Positions 24,901 to 36,900 of a stretch of DNA of 64,000 nucleotides are shown piece after piece (position 1 is the stretch's first letter; every line of letters starts with the position of its first letter). The notes beneath the pieces were generated by a model that worked only from the letters and a program-made list of their open reading frames with translations, ran no database searches and was not told where the DNA came from. This DNA is from Negaprion brevirostris (lineage: Eukaryota). The stretch is taken from contig JARDVH010000073.1 in assembly GCA_030324005.1 (NCBI GenBank), positions 105,321,686-105,385,685 on the forward strand, read 5' to 3'. The position numbers were made by a program, and so were the translations under genes.

Positions 24901-27900
24901 ACGTTTGGTAATAATGGTTTGTTACGTGTTTGGTCACATTGGTAGTATTTTATATCAATCTTTATAATAAATCGTGTGTGGTGTGTTTTTTTTTGAAGAA
25001 ATTTATTACTGCATCGCTCGATTATAAAATTGTTGTCCTAAACAGGCTGATTAAATGAATTTTTCTTTCAATTCTGTTTGGAGAATTAACCTATTTGGAA
25101 GCCGTGACCAGCAGAACAGTTGAATAATCCCTGTCTCCTGTTTACCTACAGAGATGGAGTTGTAACTTTTCTGCATGCCGATGCCATTTCATATTGTCTT
25201 ATGAGTATCTCATCGGGATGTAAAGTCCAACTCAAAACTTTTGGATTAATCCCCAAGGTTGACCTTTTGAATCTTGTTAAACCTTTGATCATGAAACTGT
25301 GAAAATACTTAAATTCAAGGATCTTGTAACAAGGCCTTCTAATACAGGTGACCTTTGGTGTCTGTGAAGAGGGGCAGCTACTGAGGGTTCCCCAGGTGTG
25401 TTTGCCCATGATTCAATTTTGAGTTGATGAATAACAGTTGCAGTGTACACTTGGTCATGTCCTGTCGGGTCTGGTTTCTATATATGTGTAGGTATTTTGC
25501 CTAAGTTTGGCTTTTAATTTGTGTCATTGTGCTATAGTTATATGTGACTACGTCAAAGTCAATTATGACAAGACTTGCTGGTGGAAAATACCCTAAATAA
25601 TGAAGAGGCTCAGATCCCACCCCTGTTGCACTTTCCCCGTAACAGTTATGCCCTTTGGGCAGTGCCAGGGTGCCTGGTCAGCACTGCCAGGCCATGCCTT
25701 CAATGTCATGTCTAAAACTTCAAATACATTTATAAAAAAACTCCTATTTAAAATGTTCAGAATAGATAAGCATACTGTGTTTCACAAATAGAAAATATGA
25801 CAATTGATATATATTTTTCAGCTCCTGCCCTATTTATAAGTTACAGTCACCAAGGTCTAGTGTATTTTATGTAGGTCAACCTTGATCTGACTGAATGATG
25901 GAATAGGCTCATGAGCTTGAATGGCTTACTCCTGTTCCCATATTCTTAGATTTTACCTCGGCAGTTGTAAACACCAGTATAATTAAATTTTAAAAACAGT
26001 CTTGTGGAAGTAAACAATTTATTAGATATTATACTTTTCATCTCAAGATTCCTTTAAAGAACCTTATAAAGAAAAAAAAGCGGTGAAGTTGTATTTCAGA
26101 ATATTTTTGCCCTAAAGAATGTCAAGCATAAAACAGACACCATCTTTATTTTATCTATAGTATAAGTTTGAAGTCTCAATCAGTGAATTTTCAATTTATG
26201 TTCGAATTTTGTTTTTGAAGAAGGAATATAGTTTGGGATTCTCTGATCTTGTTCGCCCTGCCACTTCTACCAGCAAGAACAGAGAATTTGGTGTTCAGTC
26301 AAAATTCCATTCACTGCAGCAGGACCAGAGAATCCTGACTGCAGGGGAGATTAGAATATTCCAGCCATAGAAAGTAAAGTTTGAAGTTTATTTATTAGTC
26401 ACAAGTAAGGCTTACATTAACACTGCAATGAAGTTACTGTGAAATTCCCCTAATTGCCACAGTCCGGCGCCTGTTCGAGGCAATGCACCTAACCAGCACA
26501 TCTTTCAGACTGTGGAAGGTAACCGGAGCACCTGGGGAAAACACGTGCAGACACAGGGAGAACATGCACACTCCACACAGACAGTTACCCAAGCCAGGAA
26601 TCGAATCCGGGTCCCTGGTGCTGTGAGGCGCAGTGCTAATCACTGTGCTATCGTGCTGCCCCTTTAGACTTTAAGTCATGTCTTTACAGTGTCTTTTTGA
26701 CTAAAATTTATTTTTTGTATTTTTGGGTAAATAAGTATTTTCTTTATATTGTGTTAAATAGTAGTATTGATTCAATTTTGCACCATTATTGTACAGGACT
26801 GCATATCCCGTATATTTTCTTTCTCGTGTTGCCAAGGAATTGGGTTCCATACAGAAGTCTGCAGTGACTATTGGGCACAGCAGGTGGCACAAATGCAATG
26901 AGGATAAATGTGTAAAGCAGTGGATATTTCCAATGCCAGGACTTCACGTCACTGGGATATCAAATTATGATTTTCCATTTGTTTAGAAAATGCGAAAAGG
27001 CTCCAGTTAATTGCAGAAAGAATCAAAGTGCACAGTGAGAGTAGATGTTGTTTTGAAAAAAAAGACATTGTTTTGTAAAACAAACCTTGTAATCACCCAG
27101 TTGCTAACATTGTTTGAGGCCATGATTATTTGTAGGTTATAGTCTAATGGTACAGCACAGAAGGAGGCCATTCTGCCGAACATATCTGTATCAGCTTTTT
27201 GTGAGAGCTATCTAATTAGTCTCTCACCCTGCTCTTTCCCCAAACACATACATGTTTACCCTTTGTTCATTGTATTAAGCTGAGTTTGTATTTCATTTAA
27301 TGAGGTGGTGTTCATGCTTTCGCCTTCCTACATCAGACTGGATTCACAAAGCTTGTCCTCTGATAAAACTTGTTGAATAATTTCCCTTCTTCTGACTGGG
27401 ATTAGAGATGAAAGTGGGAGGCCTTTGTTTTGAGAGAAGGAAGCACTAACAGTCCACTATATTTAAAGGTAGCTTTGGAAAACACTAACGAGTGATCCGT
27501 GTTACTGTTCAATCCTGTGCCTGTTGTGGGATTAGGCGAATGTATGCAGACTGTCGGCATGTGTGCGGGGAGTAGCTAGGCTGTGCAAGGAAAGAAGAAT
27601 AATAAGGCAATAAGAGGCTGAAATTGTCTAATGTTTCATAGCCAGGCCATTTGCTTTAAATGTTTCTGTTACATCTTGTGGGATACATCGAGTAGGTGAT
27701 TAACCTCTGTAGTTAGTGACTCAGCCACTTAATAGTAGCATAAGAACATAAGAAATAGAAGCAGGAGTATGCCATTCGACCCTTCAAGCCTGTTCTGCCA
27801 TGTAATAAGATCATAGCTGATCTGATTGTGGCCTTAACTCTACTTCCTTAATTGCCCCATGTTGCCTTGATTGCCTTGTAAATCAAAAATTAGTCTGAAT

Positions 27901-30900
27901 TTGCCTCGAATATGTTCAGTGATCCAGACTCCATTGCTCCCTGAGTTAGAGAATTCCAGAGATTAATGACCTGGTCAGAGAAGAAATTCTCCATCTCTGA
28001 CTTAAGTGGGAGACCCTTACTTTGAAGCTGTGTCCTCTAATTCTTGTTTTCCTGGTGAAAGAAAATATTCAGCATCTCCCTGTCAAGACCCCTCAGGATC
28101 CTTTATGTCTCAATAAGATCACCTCTCATTCCTCTAAAATCCAATAATTACAGATGCAGAGTCTAAATATTCCCACTGCCCGTGCTTGGAAGCAAATTAC
28201 CCATACCTGAATGGCTATCAGATAGATCCTAGGTCTAAGAGATATGGCAAAATGAATAGTTATGATACTATGTTCGTGACCTTCATGAGTGCCAAAGAAA
28301 TTGAGAAAAAAGAGATAAAAAGTGGTTAAGCAACTGACCTAAGTAGTGGTCTGGCCTTGCTATTCTATCAATGAAACTTTGATTTTTGTTTGCAGCTAAA
28401 AGCGAAATAGCTAGCTGTGAACTAGCCAACTTTTTGTAGTAACAAATTTCTGGTCTGGTGAAATGACCATCTTGGACAGACAGTGTTGCTTAGAAGGCAT
28501 TCATCCTTCCACAAGAACAAACACGCAGTCGTGCAATTGTGCTGGAATTCTTCATCCTTACAGGGAAGGAAGTTATGTTGACCTTCCTTATCAGAAGATG
28601 AATCCCTGTGCTTTGCCAGACTTTGTCAATACCGTCCTAATATTTCATGCATCATAAATACAATTAGCTTCCATTAAATTCCAGTCTCTTTTCATGCTTT
28701 CACCTTTTACAAGGTGAAGATGACCTGTGTCCCTGTATGTGAACTCCTCAGACAGTCAAGGAAGCATCTGTTTGTGGTGGTTCGAACACAGCAACAGAAC
28801 GGATGGTTTTGCAATTGGGAGCTTCCAACAGGAAGCAATACTTGCTCCCGGTGCATTTTAGAAAATTAGTCAATGAATGAACAATCAGCAAGGTGCCTGA
28901 GAGGTGCACTGCTGATGAATGCTAGAATCCCAGGTTCAGCCCTCAAATGCATTGTTTAGTGGAGCAAAGGATTGTTACTCCTCCCTCCAGAAAACCTATT
29001 ACACTCGAGAAATGTCGAGGAACACAGAAGAACAAGAGTGCCTCTAAATATCCACCATGACACAAACCATATATGAGAAGTCATAGATGCTGAGGAGGGG
29101 ACTTTATAAAAATTGAAGATGTGACTGTCTATATGTTGTTATTGTGTCTGTGTTTTATCTTTTAAAATGTGCAATTATATATTTTGCAGTGTTGAAAAAT
29201 GATGCAGTAAATTACACTAAGCTTTAATAATGAGATTGAGTAATTTCAAATGAGCTGATGCTATACAAATTAATGAACTTGGAGAATATTTGAATGATTC
29301 TGTTTTGTAATCTCACATTTTACCTTGGAGAAACAAAAAGTAAAGTGGAACACTAAATTCTGAAACTATTACTGTACATTGAAGAAGGCATGAATGTTGC
29401 CTGCAAGTCCACCAAAAACTTTTTTCCTGTTGCAGAATGAATGCGAACGCTTACAAAATCAACTGTCCCTTGTGCGAAGCCAGCAAAACCGAGATTCTGA
29501 ACAACACCAGCATCTGATTTCCAGTCTGAATGAGCAGTTGANNNNNNNNNNAAAGGGTAAGAACATCAGCCTCTGTATTTTAGGTTGATATGGACTGCAG
29601 GAGTTGTTAAGAGTTAAATTTCCAGAGGTTGAAATTTTTTTGACTTAGTTGTGTGTGTTAGCCATAGGCGTCCAGCTCACCCTGTTAGGCGTCAATTCCA
29701 GTAGTTGGTTCAGGCATCAAGTTGCTGCAAGTAGGTCTCCTGTTTGAATGAAGACCATAGGAAAGGTCATTTTATTTTGCCCAATGATTGGTTTTTCACT
29801 CCTCATTGATTGGCCAAGTTTGGAACAAAGGCCTTTTAAAATGGGTGTGCTCATACAAAGGTGTTGCATATGCCAAACCAGTGGGTATTTGTTTTATTTG
29901 TTTCCTTTTTATTGCTAATTATCATAAAACCATGTCCTCCGGTTACCAACCTACTTGTTAGTAGAAGGAGTTTCTCTTTCTCAACTAAAGTCCCATGTAA
30001 TTTTGAACAATATCTCCTTTATCTTTTCTGCTGGCAGGGGAACAATCACAGCTTTTCATTGTCTTGGATATCTGTGTGGAATTTGCACATTCTCCCCGTG
30101 TCTGTTTGGATTTCCTCCAGGCACTCTGGTTTTCTCTCACGGTCCAAAGATGTGTATGTTAAGTGGACTAGCCATGTTAAATGTGTGGGGTTATGATGAT
30201 AGAGCAGGATGGTGGGGGAGGATAAGAAGCTGTTTTGAAGAGTCGATGCAGTCTTGACGGACTGAATGGTCTCTTATTATTATTTTATATTGACAACATA
30301 GAATCAGTGACAAGAGAGACTTCCTGGAAAATTCACTCATGGAAAAGGAGAAAATGTTGGTAGAAGCCTCAGAAAAACTTCCAGAGATGGATAAATTAAA
30401 GGAGTCACTGAAGGTCCAGGGAATAATCAACCAAGATCTTACAGAAAAGCTCTTGCATACTGAGGAAAATGTAAGTATCCGAACATGGCCATATTCTGCT
30501 GTATGATTACAGAGCAAAGCCTGGTTTGAGGCATGGAAGCCTTTAGAAGCATAAATATGTGTTTGACTTTCAATTGGTGAACTGCTTATATTGTAAAAAG
30601 ATAAGATCTTCTGTTTGATCCTGGAGTGGGCTTGGATTGTGCCTTCAATCCATTCTTCTTTTCTGTAATCAGTATCCTCTCTCTCAAACTTAAATGCTGT
30701 GGAGCATTCTTGAATGGGGGATGTGCTACATAACTGAAAGTTGCACTCCAGAATTACCACCTCTAGTGTGATTTCTTCGGAATGACAAAGAACAAAATCA
30801 GCCTGGGAAACAGGCCCTTCGGCCCAACGAGCCCACGCTGCCATCCCAACACCACTCTTTGATTGCCCTTATCCCTCTGTACTTTCATAGCCTCATGATA

Positions 30901-33900
30901 GAATTGTATGTTTAATCAGTTAAGACTGTCTGTGCAAAAAATAATTTGAATGGTTTGCTTATTTGAACAAATTCCATATTCATTTTCCATTAAGTACTTT
31001 AATTGTACCCAGAATTTGCCTCACTCCTGAATCTGATACCCAGTTCAATTCGTTGATAAGTAAATTACTATAGGTTTCACTCCCCATACCGTTTGTTTTA
31101 TTTTCAAGTCTGATTCTCCTTTAGTCCCTTCTGTAGCAAGCTTTTTCTCACAAAGCTTGGGGGCTTCCTTTTACTTTGTCTACAGCAAGAGAAATCCCAA
31201 AATCATTTTTTTTGCACTTGAAGGTGAACAAAATTTCTTTTTAATAGTACTTATTGTTTTTACTTGTATACTATGCTAAAGGTGAAAGTATTTAGGAATG
31301 AATTGTTCTCTCTCTATTAGCTCGAAAAAGCTACCGTGAAATGCACTGCTTATGAAGTAGAATGTGCTGACCTGAAAAACACAGTACTGGACCTCACCGA
31401 GAAACTTTCTTCAAACAAGGAAAAGGCATGTCTTTTTCTAAAATATATAACCATCCAAATTGCTAATATTTAAAAGGTGGGGAAAACGCAGCAGGGTCAG
31501 GTGGAATGTGACACTAATTACATAGCTCTTCCAAAATTGTCAGCACAGTTCAGTTGGGCCAAATGACCACCTTCTGTTTTGTAAGATTCAGCATGTATTG
31601 ATGTGTCATGGTGGATGGCTATATAGTTTCCATTTAACTATGCAGTGTTTTTCTTCATCGTATTTAGATAGCAATTGGTGACTATCAATATCTTTAACAT
31701 GATCCAATTTGCACAACACATTACTACTGTTATGGTTTTAGCCACTTTAATTTGTTTTAATAAAATCAAAAGAATTGGACAAGCTCAAAATATATTTGTA
31801 GAAATTGTAGTTTTTCTTAAACCTTTAAAGAAAGATGAGGCTCCATCTTTAAAATTAATGAACATTCACGAAAGATTAGGTGAAAATCAGGACTCATGAA
31901 TGCGGTATGTTATATTAAAACTCACTTAAAAAAATGTTTAATTGTGAAGTTACTTTAAATGACAATGGCAAACCCAGTTCTGCCAACCCTGTACTATCTG
32001 AGGGCTTGTGTCAAAATCAGGAGAGTTGTCCCACAGACAAGATGAGCAACAACCTGAAAAAGTCATACTCACAGAATTATATCTTTAGATAATGTTCCAG
32101 ACACCATCACCATCATCCATAGGTATTTCCTGCCCCATCTCCCACCAACAGGATGGACCTGCCTGAGGTGGTGGAGTCCTAAAGGGTATAACTGCTAGAT
32201 TGGGTCTGCAGCAGGTGGTGAGTGAACTATCAAGAAAGCTGTAAGGGGATTTTCCTGGGGACTTCTCTCTGGTGCCATGTATTGAGCAGAACTCAGCTAA
32301 TACAAAGACTCACAAAAGACAGTATACAGTTAAAGATGTTCTTTATTGACCAACTGGGAGAGAGAGAGAGCTGGAAATTTCCAACTTCTCTCTGACATTA
32401 CAGTACACATGTAAAACAGATCTACTTTTTCAAAGGTTTGTTTCTGCTGCCCAAATGGTCATCCAAACGGGATGATCCACTTACATTAATACACATTATT
32501 TACCTAGGCCAATAGCATTTTACCTTCTAGCAGAGTTGGGAATTCATTGGTCATACGGACCCGGGAGTTCTTTCGCCCCGTCCTCATTGTGTAGCAACCT
32601 TACTTGTTCAAGGATCGTTTTCGTCACCTGCAAAGCATTGGAACGGAGAGGGGGTCGTTTTCCTTTGTCTGTTAGCTACCCTTTATCAGTAGAAGCTGAA
32701 TACTTCTGTTCTCTACAACCACAAGCTAAACGTCTGTATTCATTTTAAAACCTTGATAGCTTGCAGCTACGGAGTCTTCTACTGATAACAGAGAATGTAT
32801 TCTGTACCTTATTGTTTCCAAAGAATGCGGCCTGTCTAGTTCTGCTCATTTCCCATTATGCTTTGCTGCATCTTGGCCAAAGCTTACAAGATATTTGAAA
32901 CTACATTTTCAATTTACGATATTTATTCAGAATTCTGTACCTATATATGTTTATGCAGACAATACCTTTGCATGATATTTGAGACACTTTGTGATTCCTT
33001 ATGGAATATATAAGGCACAATATGATTCCTATTTTAAATTAGTCTACTTTTTTTAATAGTCTTCAAAATCCCAGGAGTTTCTGTGAGCCCTAGATGAGGG
33101 TAAGGGCACAATCTATGTGTCCTCACCTATCTGCCTGTTGCAGATGCATCTATCCATGAGAGTATTGGTGGGAGTGACCACTGCACAGTCCTGGAGTGAT
33201 GAAGTCCAGTCGTCAAGTTGAAGATACCCTCTGTCGTGTTTTGTGACACCACCACCATGCTAAATGCGATAAATTTTGGATTATGTAACTCAAAATTGGA
33301 TGTTTATGAAGTGCTGTGGGTTTCCAATGGGGGTACCATAAGCATAGACATGGGTCAAGGGTGGAGGAGGAAAAACATATTGTTAAGATGGCGGCGCAGG
33401 CTCGTTGGATCGAAGGGCCTGTTTCCTGTGTTGTGTTGTTCTTTGTTCTTTGTTCTAACAGCAGCAACAGAATTGTATTCAACCACAATCTAAAACCTCA
33501 TAGCCTGGCATATCCCTCAATCTACCATTACCACCAAACCAGGCAACAACCATTGTTTAAACAGACCAAAAAATGTAATGCCAACCTTGTGATGTTAAAA
33601 CCTGATCACTTGCACACCAAAGAACTAAGCAGTGTGTGATGAGCAGAGTTAAGTGATCCCACAACAATTAAATCAGATCTAAGTTCTGCAGTCCTGCCGC
33701 ATCCAGTTTTGAATGGTGGCGGACAATTAAATAGCTAACTAAAGGAGGGAACTCCACAGATATCCCCTTCCTCAATGATGGGGGAGCCCAGCACATCAGT
33801 GCAAAAGACAAGATTGAAGTATTTGCAACCATCTTCAGCCATAGAAGACTAGTGGTTGATGTATCTCAGCCTTCTCCTGGTCCCCAGCATCACAGATGTC

Positions 33901-36900
33901 GGTCTTCCCACAATTTGATTCACTCCATGTGATATCAAGAAATAATTAAAGACATAGATGCCATAGAGGCTATGGACTATGACAGCATTCCAACAATAGT
34001 ACTTGTGCTCCAGAACTGGTGACATCCTAACCAAGCTGTTCCAGTACAACTACAACATTGCCATCTCCCCAACAATGCAGAAAATTACCCAGGTGTGTCT
34101 TGTCCACAAAGAGCCAGATAAATCCACCCCACCCCATTCCACACTGCTTGATCATCAGCAACATGATGTAAGGTGTTGTTGACAGCGCTATCAAGTGGCA
34201 TTTAATCAGCAGTAACTTGCACACGAACGCTCAGTTTAGCTTCTGCCAGGGCCATCCTGCTCCTGACCTCATTATAGCCTTAGTTCAAACAGGGATAAAA
34301 GCTGAACTCGAGATTCAAGTGATGCTCTTAACATCAAGGCAGCGTTTGACTGAGTATGGCATCACAAATCCCTAGCAAAAATGAGGAGGGGAAAGCTCTC
34401 TACTGGTTGTGGTTGTTGGCGGTTACTCATCTCAGTCCTGGGACATTGCTGCAGGAGTTCCTCAATGTGGTGTTCTAGGCCCAGCTATCTTCAGCTGTTT
34501 CATCAATGACCTTCTTTCCATCAGAAGTTCAGATGTCCACTGATGATAGCATAATGTTCTGCATCATCTGTGTTTCCCCAAATACTGAAGCAGTCCAAAC
34601 CCATATGCAACAAAACATTCAGACCTGGGCTGATAAGTGGCAAGTAACATTCATGCCAGGCAATGATCAGCTCCAACAAGACAGAATCTAAGCATCTCCC
34701 CATGATATTTAATGGCCTAACTGTCACTTAATCTCCCTCTATCAACATCTTGGATGATACCATTGACCAAAAACTGAGCTGGATCAGCCATATAAATACA
34801 GGAGCAGGTCAGAGGTTGTGAACTCTGCGACATATAACTCATCTCCTAACTCCACAAAACCTCTCCAGCATTTATAAGACTCAAGTTAGGAGTGTGACAC
34901 CCTTCACTTGCCTGGATAGGAGCAGTAAGAAGCTCATTACCATCCGTAGCAAAGCATCCTGCTTGATTGACACCCCATCCACCACCACTGATGCACAGTG
35001 GCAGCAGTGTGCATCATTTACAAGATGCACTGCAGCAACTTGCCAAGACTCCTTTTACCTTGCAAGCACCTAGAAAGATAAGGGCAGCAGATACGTAGGA
35101 ACACCACCACCTGCAAGCTCCCCTCTAAGCTGTACACCATCCTAACTTGGAAGTATTTCGCTGTTGTTTTGCTGTCACTGGGCCAAAATCCTGTACTCCC
35201 CTCCTAACAGCAGCGTGGGTATACCTACACCATGTGAACTGTGGCAATCAAGGAGGCAGCTCACCACCACCTTCTCGAGGGTAATTAGGAATGGGCAGTA
35301 AATTGGCTTTACTAGGAGAAATCCTGCAAAAGAATAAAAAATGAACACCAAGTGTGATGAATGTTTGGAACAAACTATTAAATGAGATATTAGTGTAGAA
35401 CTATTTGAGATGTGTAAGAAGATATTAAATGTAGCACACATGAGAATAGAGGTTAGAGCTATGAGGTTTGACAGGATAAATTAGTTTACCTCATTTTTGA
35501 TATTCCTAGTTTTAATTTTTGATTAGAGGGAGACCTTCCACTGATTTAGTTTGGCTTTCTTTTTTTTGTGTTTTGAGAATGTGTGATTTGTGCAAAATCA
35601 AATCTGATTTTTCCAATTCAGATTGTTGTGATAAGTACACACTACCAAACTGATTTGTGTTTGTACTGTCACATAAACATCTTCTTTTGTAATATTCAGG
35701 TGCAGAAACAGGACATCGCAATGGAAGCTCTATGCCAGGAACTCGAGCAGACAAATGATGAACTCGAACGGCTTAATTTGAGCCACTTGGAAGAACGAGC
35801 CCGATTGATCGATGATTTGCAAAGTTGTGAAAGAGAGATTGACACACTTAAGGAGGCAATTGTGGAGAAGGAGTACAGGCTGACTGTCCTCTCTAAGAGC
35901 GTGGAGGAATATTCAGAGCAGAATGAAGCATTGAAAATGCAGAATAGATCCAAGGAGCAGGAGACTGGAGAACTGCAAGAAGCCTTAGCAAAGGTTGAAA
36001 TGGAGGTCACATTACTAAAGAAGACTCAATCTGTTGATGAGCAGACCATGCACAACAGCATCTCTACACTTGTTGATCAACTTTCTAAAGTGGAGTCTGA
36101 GCTCAGTCATGCTCAGGGTGAAATTGAAGCTAAGGGGGAAGAAATTGCAGCTCTATTGAAGCAGATTGGAGAAAATAACAACATCATTCAAAGCCTACGT
36201 TCAGAATTGCAGGAGAATACATCGAACAGAATTCATCTTGTGGAATGCCAAACTCAGATATTCTCGCTTGAAAATAAGGTTGCCGTAACCACCCAACAGC
36301 TTCAAGAAACTCATGCTGCCAGCCAGCAAGAAATTGAAAAGCTCAAGGCTCAGTTGACTGAAATCAGCTCGGCAAAAGGAAGGCTTGATAGCTCACTCCG
36401 GGAGAAGGAAGAGAAAGAGCAATATTTGGAGAATGAGTTGAAAACCTTGAAAAATCAGTGCAATAACCTGATAGCTGAGACCGTTGTTAAAGAGGGGCAG
36501 CTGTCGAAGTTAACCAAGCAATTTGCTGAACACAAAGAAGAAGCTGACAGGAGACTGCAGGAGAAGCTGGACATCGTTGCCTCTTTGGAGCAAAGACTTC
36601 AGAGTATCGAACAAACTAATTCTCAACTGGTGCAAGAAGTACAGTTGAAAGAAACTGAAAGGCAAGATTTAAAAAGGCAGGTGGATGAGGGGACCAGACT
36701 AGTTGCTGACTTACAAATGCAAACGAAAATGGTCGACGAAGCAAATGCGCAACTGCAGGCATTGGTGAAAGATCAAGTTCAGAGCCTTTCAGAGCAATCC
36801 AAGCTTCTGTCTGAGTCAAGTGAAAAAATTGCTAATACAATGGAAATCAAGTCCAATTTGGAGCGTCAGGTGAAAGAACTGAGCATTGAAAGTGAAAATC

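Noticed and set aside
35583-35699. N-terminal [13 protein letters not shown]... of the 2541-aa ORF as a real protein start
   Set aside because: It begins at a GTG and runs through the polypyrimidine tract and acceptor; it is intron sequence that happens to be open.
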